NCBI GenBank assembly: GCA_977020255.1
Contig: CDROCS010000506.1
Span: forward strand, 620,001 to 684,000
Source: Obrimoposthia wandeli
Lineage: Eukaryota
Length of the DNA: 64,000 nucleotides
Reading direction: 5' to 3'
Positions 50,889-60,962 of this stretch are shown piece after piece. Under the pieces are notes generated by a model, which had not been told where the DNA came from, did not search any database, and was given only the letters and a program-made list of their open reading frames with translations. The first letter of the stretch is position 1. The number at the start of each line of letters is the position of its first letter. The translations under genes were made by a program, and so were the position numbers.

Positions 50889-51848
50889 ATGACATTTTCA
50901 TTTTTAAAAGAGTTCGCTCGGCCGCATAAATTGAAGCAGCAAGGTATCTTGGGAATGAACCAGCGTAATAATATGTATATATCACGCTACAACCCAAGAA
51001 AACTGTTTCCGTTAGTCGACAATAAATTAAAGACCAAAGAAATAGCTGAACAAGCTAACGTGAGCACGCCAGAACTGATCGGCGTGGTCGACAGTCAGCA
51101 CAAGGTTAAGTCTGTAGACAAAATGATTGCAGGACTTAACGGTTTTGTAATCAAGCCTGCCAAAGGCTCTGGTGGTAAAGGTATCTTAGTGATCACCAAA
51201 GTTGAAGCTGGACGCTATTACAAACCCAGTGGCAGTGAGTGCTCAATCGATGATATCGAACGTCATTGTTCGAATATCTTAGCGGGTTTATTCTCACTCG
51301 GTGGTGGCATCGACGTGGCAGTTGTGGAAGCCCTTATCGTCTTTGATGACAGCTTTGAGGGCTATAGCTTTGAAGGTGTGCCCGACGTACGAGTGATCGT
51401 ATTTAAAGGCATCCCTATGATGGCTATGATGCGTTTATCAACCTCTATGTCTGATGGTAAGGCTAACTTACACCAAGGCGCTGTTGGTGTTGGTATTAAC
51501 ATCACCACAGGTGAAGCGTTAAACGCTGTGCAGTATGATGAAATGGTAAGTCATCACCCTGACACTCAAAAAGAATTAGCACTGTTAAAAGTACCGCACT
51601 GGGAGGAAGTTATTCGATTAGCGGCCCAGTGTTATGATATATCAGGCTTAGGCTATCTAGGTGCGGACGTGGTATTAGACCGTGATCATGGACCTATGTT
51701 GCTAGAGTTGAACGCCCGTCCTGGATTAGCGATTCAGATTGCTAATGGCATGGGATTACTACCAAGATTACAACAAATTGAAGCCGCGAATACCGATAGC
51801 ATGGATCTAGACCAACGCCTTGCTTATTGTAAGCAACACTTCGGTTAA
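50889..51848 (+). CDS. RimK-like ATP-grasp alpha-L-glutamate ligase-related protein
   Basis: GILGMNQRN, VIKPAKGSGGKGI, ANLHQGA, LELNARPGL. Confidence 0.9.
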   Translation: MTFSFLKEFARPHKLKQQGILGMNQRNNMYISRYNPRKLFPLVDNKLKTKEIAEQANVSTPELIGVVDSQHKVKSVDKMIAGLNGFVIKPAKGSGGKGILVITKVEAGRYYKPSGSECSIDDIERHCSNILAGLFSLGGGIDVAVVEALIVFDDSFEGYSFEGVPDVRVIVFKGIPMMAMMRLSTSMSDGKANLHQGAVGVGINITTGEALNAVQYDEMVSHHPDTQKELALLKVPHWEEVIRLAAQCYDISGLGYLGADVVLDRDHGPMLLELNARPGLAIQIANGMGLLPRLQQIEAANTDSMDLDQRLAYCKQHFG

Positions 51849-51881
51849 GCTCTTAATAAAGAATGTATTTTGGGTAAAAAG

Positions 51882-51917
51882 AAAAAAGGCATATAGTTAA
51901 CGCTATATGCCTTTTTT
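51882..51917. terminator. Bidirectional terminator
   Basis: aaaaaaggcatatag-ttaacg-ctatatgcctttttt. Confidence 0.88.
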
Positions 51918-51994
51918 ATTCAATATACTGTCACGCTATCTAGAGTTGAATAGAGCTGAGAAAGCTATATTGAATAGAATATTCCAGTAACAAA

Positions 51995-52288
51995 CTAAGC
52001 CATTAAATGGCGTAAGTTCATTTCAAAAATCATTTTTTCAGCAGTACAAGTAAATTGTAATGTCACTAGGTAAGCATTTTCACCCTGCGCAGTAAAATCA
52101 ATCGTTACTTCTTCATCAAATTGCTCATTCACATATGCTTCAAGTTCACTGCGTTTTTCATCTGCAGCAAGTTGAGAATCAAAGGAAATAGGGAAAGATA
52201 GCTCGGTATCATCAGGTTGGATAATACTGCCGATTTCGGCAAATGCACCACAGCAATCTTTAATATCAGTATTGTTATTATTCGACAT
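51995..52288 (-). CDS. YfcZ/YiiS (DUF406) family protein
   Basis: CCGAFAEIGSII N-terminus, F.C.AEKMIFEM.LR C-terminus. Confidence 0.82.
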   Translation of the reverse strand: MSNNNNTDIKDCCGAFAEIGSIIQPDDTELSFPISFDSQLAADEKRSELEAYVNEQFDEEVTIDFTAQGENAYLVTLQFTCTAEKMIFEMNLRHLMA

Positions 52289-52501
52289 AATTATTCTACC
52301 TATTCATTTAAGTTTACGTTCTACATGAACAACCATACCACTAAAGTGTAGGTTACAAAAACAAAAAACCGCTAATACCTAAGCATAAGCGGTTTTATAT
52401 CAAAAAAGTCGATACTTTTAGTCAATGTGAATACGCTAACAACACGCTATCTCGCAGTGAAACATATTCAATCGCCAGAATCATGACTGATTTAGAAGAA
52501 A

Positions 52502-53029
52502 TTAAATAATAATTGGCGTCGGCGCTGGCGCTTTGCTCATTGCTTTTAATTCTTGATCCATGATGAACAGACCGTAACCATTATCAACACCAACACGGCG
52601 AATTTGGCTAACGATACCATTAAACAAGGCTTCTTCTTCTGTTTGCTCTTCCATTAATGTATTCAGGTGAGCAACAGATTGGAAATCTCTTAATTCGTGC
52701 GCTAGGCCAAGGATTTCTGAGATAGATTCAGTGATCATCACTTCGTGCGCTAATGCTTGGTTAAACACGTCAAGTAAGTCAGTAAACTCAGATTCAGCCG
52801 CAGGAATCGCTTCCATTAATGGCTGAATGCCACGGTCGATCATATAACGGAATAATAACTGAGCGTGAACTTGCTCTTCAGCCGCATGTTTATAAAAGAA
52901 ATCACCTGCGCCAATAAAATCAGATGCATAGCAAAAAGACGCCATGCTGCGGTAAAGGTGAGATGCAGTAAATTCTTTTGTCATTTGTTGGTTAAGCGCT
53001 GTCGCCATAACCTTAGATAATTTTGGCAT
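52502..53029 (-). CDS. ftnA: Non-heme ferritin
   Basis: EFTASHLY, EEQVH, HE, EQTEEE ferroxidase residues; ATG at 53029. Confidence 0.85.
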   Translation of the reverse strand: MPKLSKVMATALNQQMTKEFTASHLYRSMASFCYASDFIGAGDFFYKHAAEEQVHAQLLFRYMIDRGIQPLMEAIPAAESEFTDLLDVFNQALAHEVMITESISEILGLAHELRDFQSVAHLNTLMEEQTEEEALFNGIVSQIRRVGVDNGYGLFIMDQELKAMSKAPAPTPIII

Positions 53030-53252
53030 AGTATTAAATCCTATAATAAACAGTTCAGGCAATGGTACCGCAACACGTCTTCAATTAACAATAACCTTGT
53101 CAAATAGACGAACATTTTCTACGATTAACCACAAATTAATAAAGAAACGGTCCACAAGCCAAATTGAAATAAAATTACACAATACGTAAATATTTAATAT
53201 TTACGACCCAGTTAACACTATTATGAAAATATAATACGTAATTTTACAACAA

Positions 53253-53266
53253 TTGATCCAGATCAA
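53253..53266. promoter_or_regulatory. FNR binding site upstream of adhE
   Basis: TTGAT-CCAG-ATCAA, perfect consensus. Confidence 0.85.
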
Positions 53267-53372
53267 GTTTTAATCCCCAATATTACCTATACTTCGAATC
53301 AAAGGTATTCATTAAGAGGTAACACTTTATAAATACTTTTTAAGATTTCAAATTAGTTTTAAGGGAAATAAT

Positions 53373-56018
53373 ATGACTGTTAAAAATATTGAAACACTCA
53401 ATGCAATGGTTGCTAAAGTGAAAGCAGCACAACAAGAATTCGCGACATTCGATCAAGCACAAGTTGATAAGATTTTCCGTGCAGCGGCACTTGCCGCGTC
53501 TACAGCACGTATCCCGCTAGCACAAATGGCTGTTGAAGAATCAGGCATGGGTGTACTAGAAGATAAAGTAACTAAAAACCATTTTGCATCTGAATACATT
53601 TATAACAAATATAAAGATACCCTAACTTGCGGCATTATTGAAGAAGACACAGAGTTTGGCACCATCACTATCGCAGAACCAACAGGTATCATCTGCGGTA
53701 TCGTACCAACAACAAACCCAACTTCAACCGCTATTTTTAAATCTTTAATTTCACTTAAAACACGTAATGGCATTATCTTTTCGCCACATCCACGTGCTAA
53801 AAATGCAACTAATACTGCTGCTAAAATTGTACTCGATGCAGCGATTGCAGCTGGCGCTCCAGAAAATATCATTGGTTGGATTGATGAACCATCAGTTGAA
53901 CTATCAAATGCATTAATGCATCACGCAGACATCAACCTTATCCTTGCAACTGGCGGTCCAGGCATGGTTAAAGCGGCTTACTCTTCAGGTAAACCTGCAA
54001 TTGGTGTTGGTGCGGGTAACACCCCTATCGTGATTGACGAAACTGCAGACATTAAACGTGCTGTCTCTTCAATCTTAATGTCAAAAACATTCGATAACGG
54101 TGTTGTATGTGCTTCAGAACAAGCAGTTATTGTGGTTGACGAAGTGTATGACGCTGTAAAAGCCCGTTTCATTACACATGGCGGTTATATCTTATCGAAG
54201 AAAGATGCAGATAAAGTACGCGAAATAGTATTAATCAACGGCAACATGAACCCTGCAATTGTAGGTCAATCTGCAATTAAGATTGCTGAAATGGCGGGTG
54301 TTACAGTGCCTCCTTTCACTAAAGTACTTATCGGTGAAGGTCCTGAAGTACATGTTGATGATGCATTCGCTCACGAAAAACTGTCTCCTACATTAGGTAT
54401 GTTCCGCGCTCGTGATTACAATCACGCAGTAGAACAAGCAATCACTATGGTTGAACTTGGCGGTATCGGTCATACATCTGGACTATATACAGACCAAGAT
54501 GCAAACGAAGATCGTATCAAAGACTTCGGCGATAAAATGAAAACAGCCCGTATCCTGATTAACCAACCAAGTTCACAAGGTGGTATCGGCGATTTATATA
54601 ACTTTGGTCTAGCACCATCGTTAACACTAGGTTGTGGTTCATGGGGTGGTAACTCTATCTCTGAAAACGTAGGGCCTAAACACCTTATTAACAAAAAGAC
54701 TGTTGCTAAGCGAGCTGAAAATATGTTGTGGCATAAACTTCCAGAATCAATTTACTTCCGCCGTGGTTCATTACCAATTGCAATGGACGACCTTGTTGGT
54801 AAAAAACGTGCTTGTATCGTAACGGATAAATTCTTATTCAATAACGGTTATGTTGACGAGTTAGTTACAATCCTAAAAAGCAAAGGCATCGATACTGAAG
54901 TATTTTACGATGTAGAAGCAGACCCAACGCTAGCGGTAGTGAAGAAAGGTGTTGATGTAATGAACAGCTTCCAACCTGACGTTATCATTGCCTTTGGTGG
55001 TGGTTCACCGATGGATGCAGCTAAGATTATGTGGGTAATGTACGAACATCCAGATGCACATTTCGAAGACCTTGCAATGCGCTTTATGGACATTCGTAAA
55101 CGTATTTACAAATTCCCTAAACTGGGCGTAAAAGCGAAATTAGTAGCAGTTACGACAACATCAGGTACTGGTTCAGAAGTAACACCGTTTGCCGTAGTAA
55201 CAGATGAAATAACAGGTCAAAAATACCCAATCGCAGATTACGAATTAACACCTAACATGGCTGTTGTTGATGCTAATCTAGTAATGAATATGCCTAAGTC
55301 ATTAACTGCTTTCGGTGGTTATGATGCTGTTACTCACGCACTTGAAGCCTATGTTTCAATTCTAGCGAACGAGTACTCTGACGGCCAAGCACTACAAGCA
55401 ATGAAATTATTAAAAGAATACTTACCAAGTTCTTACAAAAATGGTGCTAAAGACCCTATCGCACGTGAAAAAGTACACAATGGCGCAACAATTGCTGGTA
55501 TCGCCTTTGCTAATGCTTTCTTGGGTGTTTGTCACTCAATGGCACACAAACTTGGTGCTGAATTCCATATTCCACACGGTTTGGCAAATGCATTACTTAT
55601 CACCAACGTTATCCGTTATAACGCGACTGATATGCCAACTAAACAAGCAGCATTCTCACAGTATGACCGTCCGAAAGCACGAGCTCGTTACGCTGAAGTT
55701 GCAGAACACTTAGGTTTCCGTGAAGGTAAAACAGCAGATAAAGTTAACGCATTACTAAACTGGTTAGACGAACTTAAGACTGATTTAGATATTCCTAAGT
55801 CAATCCAAGCTGCGGGTGTAAACGAAGCAGACTTCCTTGCTAAAGTTGACCAACTAGCAATTGAAGCATTCGATGACCAATGTACTGGTGCTAACCCACG
55901 TTACCCATTAATCAGCGAGTTAAAAGCACTATTACTTGCTTCTTACTACGGTAATGATTACCAAGAAAGTTACGTATTAGACAAACTAGCGGCTAAAAAA
56001 GAAACAGTAAAAAAATAA
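53373..56018 (+). CDS. adhE: Bifunctional acetaldehyde-CoA/alcohol dehydrogenase
   Basis: GIVPTTNPTSTA, GVVCASEQ, GCGSWGGNS linker, GGGSPMDAAK, GVCHSMAHK. Confidence 0.98.
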   Translation: MTVKNIETLNAMVAKVKAAQQEFATFDQAQVDKIFRAAALAASTARIPLAQMAVEESGMGVLEDKVTKNHFASEYIYNKYKDTLTCGIIEEDTEFGTITIAEPTGIICGIVPTTNPTSTAIFKSLISLKTRNGIIFSPHPRAKNATNTAAKIVLDAAIAAGAPENIIGWIDEPSVELSNALMHHADINLILATGGPGMVKAAYSSGKPAIGVGAGNTPIVIDETADIKRAVSSILMSKTFDNGVVCASEQAVIVVDEVYDAVKARFITHGGYILSKKDADKVREIVLINGNMNPAIVGQSAIKIAEMAGVTVPPFTKVLIGEGPEVHVDDAFAHEKLSPTLGMFRARDYNHAVEQAITMVELGGIGHTSGLYTDQDANEDRIKDFGDKMKTARILINQPSSQGGIGDLYNFGLAPSLTLGCGSWGGNSISENVGPKHLINKKTVAKRAENMLWHKLPESIYFRRGSLPIAMDDLVGKKRACIVTDKFLFNNGYVDELVTILKSKGIDTEVFYDVEADPTLAVVKKGVDVMNSFQPDVIIAFGGGSPMDAAKIMWVMYEHPDAHFEDLAMRFMDIRKRIYKFPKLGVKAKLVAVTTTSGTGSEVTPFAVVTDEITGQKYPIADYELTPNMAVVDANLVMNMPKSLTAFGGYDAVTHALEAYVSILANEYSDGQALQAMKLLKEYLPSSYKNGAKDPIAREKVHNGATIAGIAFANAFLGVCHSMAHKLGAEFHIPHGLANALLITNVIRYNATDMPTKQAAFSQYDRPKARARYAEVAEHLGFREGKTADKVNALLNWLDELKTDLDIPKSIQAAGVNEADFLAKVDQLAIEAFDDQCTGANPRYPLISELKALLLASYYGNDYQESYVLDKLAAKKETVKK

Positions 56019-56077
56019 CTGTTAACTAATACCGCCATCGCTATCATGCACAAGGTGATAGCGATTACCTATTAAGG

Positions 56078-56125
56078 GTGAGGTGTATAAAGCTGGATAA
56101 ATAGCTTTATACACCTCACTTTTTT
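56078..56125 (+). terminator. Intrinsic terminator after adhE
   Basis: gtgaggtgtataaagct...agctttatacacctcac-tttttt. Confidence 0.9.
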
Positions 56126-56356
56126 ATTATCTATACAGTGATAACATTATATTTACTGATGCCAACCTAAAATATAATGATGAACAACAAAATCCGCGAA
56201 AAGATAACTAGCCCACACCTCAGATATTTAACTTTGATAAGCCTAAATTTATCCCCTATAATTATTTTAACTGCATTTTCAATATGCTACTCAATAAACA
56301 CGTCACGATATTTAACTCTATTTATATAAACGGATTTAGATAAGCAAAGGTAAGTA

Positions 56357-57655
56357 ATGGCAAATGTCTCATTCACGATTAAAGACCTTAAAGTAGGTCA
56401 TTATATTAATCTTCCCATTGGTTGGACATCCCACCCTTTCATCCTTAATTCATTTATCATTAAAGATGAAAAACAACTTAAAATCGTGCAGCACCTTGGT
56501 TTAGTAACGATTTCTGTCGATCTATCTCGTAGCAAGATATTGCAGTCACAGACGATTGCAGCAGTGACCACGCCTTCGCAATCAACTGCAAATGATCTGG
56601 CCTTAGCCCAACAATTAACACAGAAAAATATTGAAATTGTGGCTCAGCAAGCGGTGCTCAAAGAACAGCAAACACAATTAGCCCAGCAGCAGGCCTGGTG
56701 GAAACAAATCCGCCATACTCGTTCAAAATATCAAGACAAGCTCACGGTCCTCAAAGATATTTACAGCAAACTAAGTTTGCAACCTGAAAAAGCCATGCAG
56801 CTATTAGAGTTACTATCGGGTGAATTAACTATAGCCGCTGAGCAACAACAAGATTTTAGCTTCGTGTTATGCAATGAAGAGGTATCCAGCGATAGCCTTT
56901 ATCAGAACGCAATGAATGTAGCGGTACTCAGCACAAGCTTAGCAAAGCAACTTGCCTTTAGTGCCAAAGATGTCGCAATCATTACGCAGGTAGCCTTACT
57001 TAGTCAGTTTGGTATGCTGTGGGTACCCCCTTCAATTCGTAATAAAAAATCTGAGCTGACAAAACCAGAAGTTAATTACCTTAAACAACACCCAGCCTAT
57101 GCAGCACAAAGGTTACAAGGTACAGATACACTTCCTGACATCGTGATCCACAGTGTTTTACAGATTAACGAAAAGTTCGATGGCAGCGGTTATCCGCGTG
57201 GTTTCAAGCAAGATAAAATTTCTAAATACGCACAACTTGTTGCTATTACAAACCGCTATAACGAAATGTGTAACGCCAATTTACCGCAACAACGTTATTC
57301 ACCACACCTTGCTATTGGCTTGCTGTTTAAACAAGCCAATAAGCATTACAACAAAGCCTATCTCGAGCAATTTATTAAAATGATTGGCATATTCCCGGTT
57401 GGTACCATAGTCAATTACAATAACGATGGTAATAACAATCAAGCACAGGTACAAATGGGGGTTATAGATAGTCTACGACAGCCACTCATTGTTGACTTCG
57501 ATGAACTTGAACCGATAAAAAAACAACCCTTGTTACGTCATTGCGGGGCTGAAGGCATTACTATTACCAAAGGTATTAGCAGTAATGATATCGCTCCTGA
57601 ACATATAGCGAAATTCAATTTAGTTCAGCGTAGCAATTTATACTTCCCTAGCTAA
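56357..57655 (+). CDS. DUF3391 + degenerate HD-GYP domain protein
   Basis: LKVGHY...W.SHPF N-terminal domain; DGSGYP retained; HD replaced by SQ. Confidence 0.8.
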   Translation: MANVSFTIKDLKVGHYINLPIGWTSHPFILNSFIIKDEKQLKIVQHLGLVTISVDLSRSKILQSQTIAAVTTPSQSTANDLALAQQLTQKNIEIVAQQAVLKEQQTQLAQQQAWWKQIRHTRSKYQDKLTVLKDIYSKLSLQPEKAMQLLELLSGELTIAAEQQQDFSFVLCNEEVSSDSLYQNAMNVAVLSTSLAKQLAFSAKDVAIITQVALLSQFGMLWVPPSIRNKKSELTKPEVNYLKQHPAYAAQRLQGTDTLPDIVIHSVLQINEKFDGSGYPRGFKQDKISKYAQLVAITNRYNEMCNANLPQQRYSPHLAIGLLFKQANKHYNKAYLEQFIKMIGIFPVGTIVNYNNDGNNNQAQVQMGVIDSLRQPLIVDFDELEPIKKQPLLRHCGAEGITITKGISSNDIAPEHIAKFNLVQRSNLYFPS

Positions 57656-57746
57656 CACACCAATATTGTTAGATATCATAGATAACAGCCACTGTTAATC
57701 TATGATATTCTTACACTCTTATTTTTATCAATGAATCGCAAATACT

Positions 57747-58532
57747 ATGTCAAAACGCAATACTCAGCAACGTCGTCATACCATCATTCAATTACTTGAA
57801 GAACAAGGTAAACTCAGCGTTGATGAACTAGCCCAACGTTTTGAAACATCAGAAGTCACCATCCGCAAAGACCTTACCGCGTTAGAGCAAAACGGTTTAT
57901 TATTACGTCGTTATGGTGGCGCAGTACCAATTCCTAAAGAACTGCTCCCTGAAGTGGAAACCGATAAAGTCTCACAGTGCAAAATTGAAATTGCCATTGC
58001 AGCGGCATTACGTATTCGCGATCATAACCGCATCATCATCGACAGTGGCACCACCACAGCCAGTCTAATTGAGCAACTCGCCAATAAAAAAGGTTTAATA
58101 ACCATGACGAACTCATTACAAGTTGCCACTGCACTTAATGGTTTAGAAAATGAGCCAACGTTATTAATGACTGGTGGTACTTGGGACCCGCACTCTGAAT
58201 CATTCCAAGGTCAGATAGCCGAGCAAGTACTGCGTTCATACGATTTTGATCAACTATTTATTGGTGCAGACGGTATTGATTTAGAACGTGGCAGCACGAC
58301 CTTTAATGAGTTGATTGGCTTAAGCCGCGTAATGGCTGAAGTATCAAGAGAAGTGGTAGTCATGGTTGAATCAGACAAGATCAGTCGCAAAATGCCTAAC
58401 CTAGAACTAGCATGGAGCAATATCCACACCTTAATTACCGATGCTGATATTACCAATGAACAGCGCAGTGCTATCGAAGCTAAAAATATCGAAGTCATCG
58501 TCGCGCCGAAATCGAAAATATCAATAAGTTAA
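57747..58532 (+). CDS. DeoR/GlpR-family regulator (GlmR-like)
   Basis: SEVTIRKDL HTH, IIIDSGTTT, MTNSL, LFIGADG. Confidence 0.9.
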   Translation: MSKRNTQQRRHTIIQLLEEQGKLSVDELAQRFETSEVTIRKDLTALEQNGLLLRRYGGAVPIPKELLPEVETDKVSQCKIEIAIAAALRIRDHNRIIIDSGTTTASLIEQLANKKGLITMTNSLQVATALNGLENEPTLLMTGGTWDPHSESFQGQIAEQVLRSYDFDQLFIGADGIDLERGSTTFNELIGLSRVMAEVSREVVVMVESDKISRKMPNLELAWSNIHTLITDADITNEQRSAIEAKNIEVIVAPKSKISIS

Positions 58533-58815
58533 GCGCGTTCTATTAAAAACCTTCATTATTGCCACAACCAATAGCCCTCTGATTTTAGGTAATCATCATT
58601 GACTCGAGATGGTTACCTTTAGAGCACCACTATAATATTATTAACTGTTACCACTAGTTATTTTATTAAATACTAGGTTACCCCCCTTTTTGAGTATATA
58701 TATAAATTATAGTATTGAATTAACGATTAATTTAGAGCACTGTATCAGTTAATGATAACTCTACCCGATGTTATTCCATCAATTGAAATTTAGCGTTACA
58801 AGGCCATAAGAAAAC

Positions 58816-60846
58816 ATGAGTAGCCACAACATATCTCTCTTCAAACATATCAAACTCAGTACCTTGGGTTTATTTTTCACCTGTGGTTTTGCCCTCTCTG
58901 CTCTGGTCTTTATTGCTTCAAGCATTATCATCAATAGTAATGTCACACGCGCATCTTCGGTATGGACTGAATACAAAGCCAATAAATCTGAAAAAATAAG
59001 AATCGACAGTGCTCTGCGTTCATCGCTTGGTTATGGTGGTGCTATCCATGAATTTAAAAACTATTTACTACGCCCAGAACCGTGGCGCATTGAACGCGTA
59101 CAAGCCAAACTCGGTGCAGTTAATGCCGCGATAATCCAATTTAATACGCTGGGGCCAAGCAACGCGCAAGCGATAGCTTTGAATGATATCAAAAACATGG
59201 TTGATGCTTATAGCGCTGCATTAATACAAGCTGAGCTGCTATTTAGCCAAGGTTTACAGCCAATTGACGTTGATAAACAAGTAATCATTGATGACTCCCT
59301 TGCAATGCGTGGGTTACAGATCTTAAATCAAGAGTTACACATCAATAGCGCAAATGATGACAGCCCTAATATCACCAAAGCCGACCTCGCCGTAAAATTA
59401 CGTTCAGCCCTGGGTTATGGCGGTTTTATTCATAACTTTAAAAATGCGGTATTGCGTGGGGATGAAAAGTACCTTACTGAAGCTGATTCTTGTTTGATTA
59501 AAGCAGAAGAATTACTCAGCCTGTACCGCAGTAAAGGACTGACTAGTGCCGAGTTCATCTCGCTTGAAGATATAACCAGAACATTAACTAGCTATAAACA
59601 AGCAATAGACACTATCCGCCAATTGATTAGTCAAAAAGCCAGCCCACAATATATTGATCAACAAGTAAAAATCAACGACACCTCGGCATTACGCGGCCTA
59701 GCAGTACTGGATCGTGAAATCGTTATTCAAATAGAGCAAAGTGCTGACAACGTCAGTGCGACGTTAGATTTTGTCACCCAACTGATCAGCTGGTTATCTT
59801 GGTTTACCGTTATCTTTACCACCGCATTCATCATTGCTGCCATTTTATTAATGCGCAATCGTTTAATGAATCCAATTAAAGAACTCATTCACGCCATGAA
59901 GACCTTGGCTGAAGGTAATTTTAACATCAAGATATTTGCCACCGACCGCGATAACGAAATTGGCGAAATGGCACGTGCATTAGAAATATTCAGTGCCAAT
60001 GCCTTGAAACATCGAGATTCAGAAGCGCAAGTACAGGCAGTCATCAATACCGCTGTGCATGCGATTGTCACCACTAATGAACGTGGTGTTATTGTTGCCT
60101 TCAACCCTGCTGCATTGGCTATTTTTGATTATGAGTTGGATGATATTATTGGTCGGAATATAAAACTGCTCATGCCACAAGCAAGTAAAGCCTTTACCGA
60201 CAGTGTGCAAGGTAAGGTATACGAAGAAGACGCGTTGCGCGCTAACGGTATACACTTCCCAATTGAATTATCCGTTAACGAAATGACGGTGGGCGATAAA
60301 CTCATGTATACAACCGTTATTCATGATATTACCGCACGTAAGGCCGCTGAAGCTGAGATCCGTAAACTGGCTATGACAGATCCATTAACCGGTGTTGCTA
60401 ACCGAAATCAGTTTGAATTACGCATTGAAGAAGCCATTCAAGTGGCTGAAAGAGAAAATAAATCGGTCGGTCTACTGCTATTAGATTTAAACAAATTCAA
60501 ACCGGTAAATGATACCTATGGTCATCATGTGGGCGATCAATTATTAAAAGATGTTTCCGCGCGTATGGTTGAAGCAAGTCGTCAAACCGATACGGTTGCA
60601 CGCTTAGGCGGTGACGAATTTGCCATCATCTTTAATCACCTCGATACACCTGAATGTATTAAGGTACCTTTCGACCGCTTGGTGAGTGAATTATCTCGCC
60701 CTTATGTAGTGGGCGATCTGGTATTAGATGTATCAGCCAGTATGGGCGTGAGCATGTATCCACAAGATGATACCAATGTTGATGAGTTATTACGTAAAGC
60801 CGATCTGGCGATGTATAAGAATAAGAATATCGACTTAGTATCCTAA
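58816..60846 (+). CDS. Diguanylate cyclase: duplicated periplasmic sensor-HAMP-PAS-GGDEF
   Basis: Two TMs, DNEIGEMARAL HAMP, FNPAALAIF PAS, GGDEF with RQTD I-site. Confidence 0.88.
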   Translation: MSSHNISLFKHIKLSTLGLFFTCGFALSALVFIASSIIINSNVTRASSVWTEYKANKSEKIRIDSALRSSLGYGGAIHEFKNYLLRPEPWRIERVQAKLGAVNAAIIQFNTLGPSNAQAIALNDIKNMVDAYSAALIQAELLFSQGLQPIDVDKQVIIDDSLAMRGLQILNQELHINSANDDSPNITKADLAVKLRSALGYGGFIHNFKNAVLRGDEKYLTEADSCLIKAEELLSLYRSKGLTSAEFISLEDITRTLTSYKQAIDTIRQLISQKASPQYIDQQVKINDTSALRGLAVLDREIVIQIEQSADNVSATLDFVTQLISWLSWFTVIFTTAFIIAAILLMRNRLMNPIKELIHAMKTLAEGNFNIKIFATDRDNEIGEMARALEIFSANALKHRDSEAQVQAVINTAVHAIVTTNERGVIVAFNPAALAIFDYELDDIIGRNIKLLMPQASKAFTDSVQGKVYEEDALRANGIHFPIELSVNEMTVGDKLMYTTVIHDITARKAAEAEIRKLAMTDPLTGVANRNQFELRIEEAIQVAERENKSVGLLLLDLNKFKPVNDTYGHHVGDQLLKDVSARMVEASRQTDTVARLGGDEFAIIFNHLDTPECIKVPFDRLVSELSRPYVVGDLVLDVSASMGVSMYPQDDTNVDELLRKADLAMYKNKNIDLVS

Positions 60847-60892
60847 TCACGATTAACCATCAAAATACTATTCATAATCGAAAATACAAAGC

Positions 60893-60928
60893 AAAAAAAT
60901 CCCGCTTACTGCAAATAAGCGGGATTTT
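60893..60928. terminator. Bidirectional terminator
   Basis: aaaaaaatcccgctta-ctgcaaa-taagcgggatttt. Confidence 0.88.
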
Positions 60929-60962
60929 ACATAAAGGACTTATTCTTTTTATTCGTTACGAC

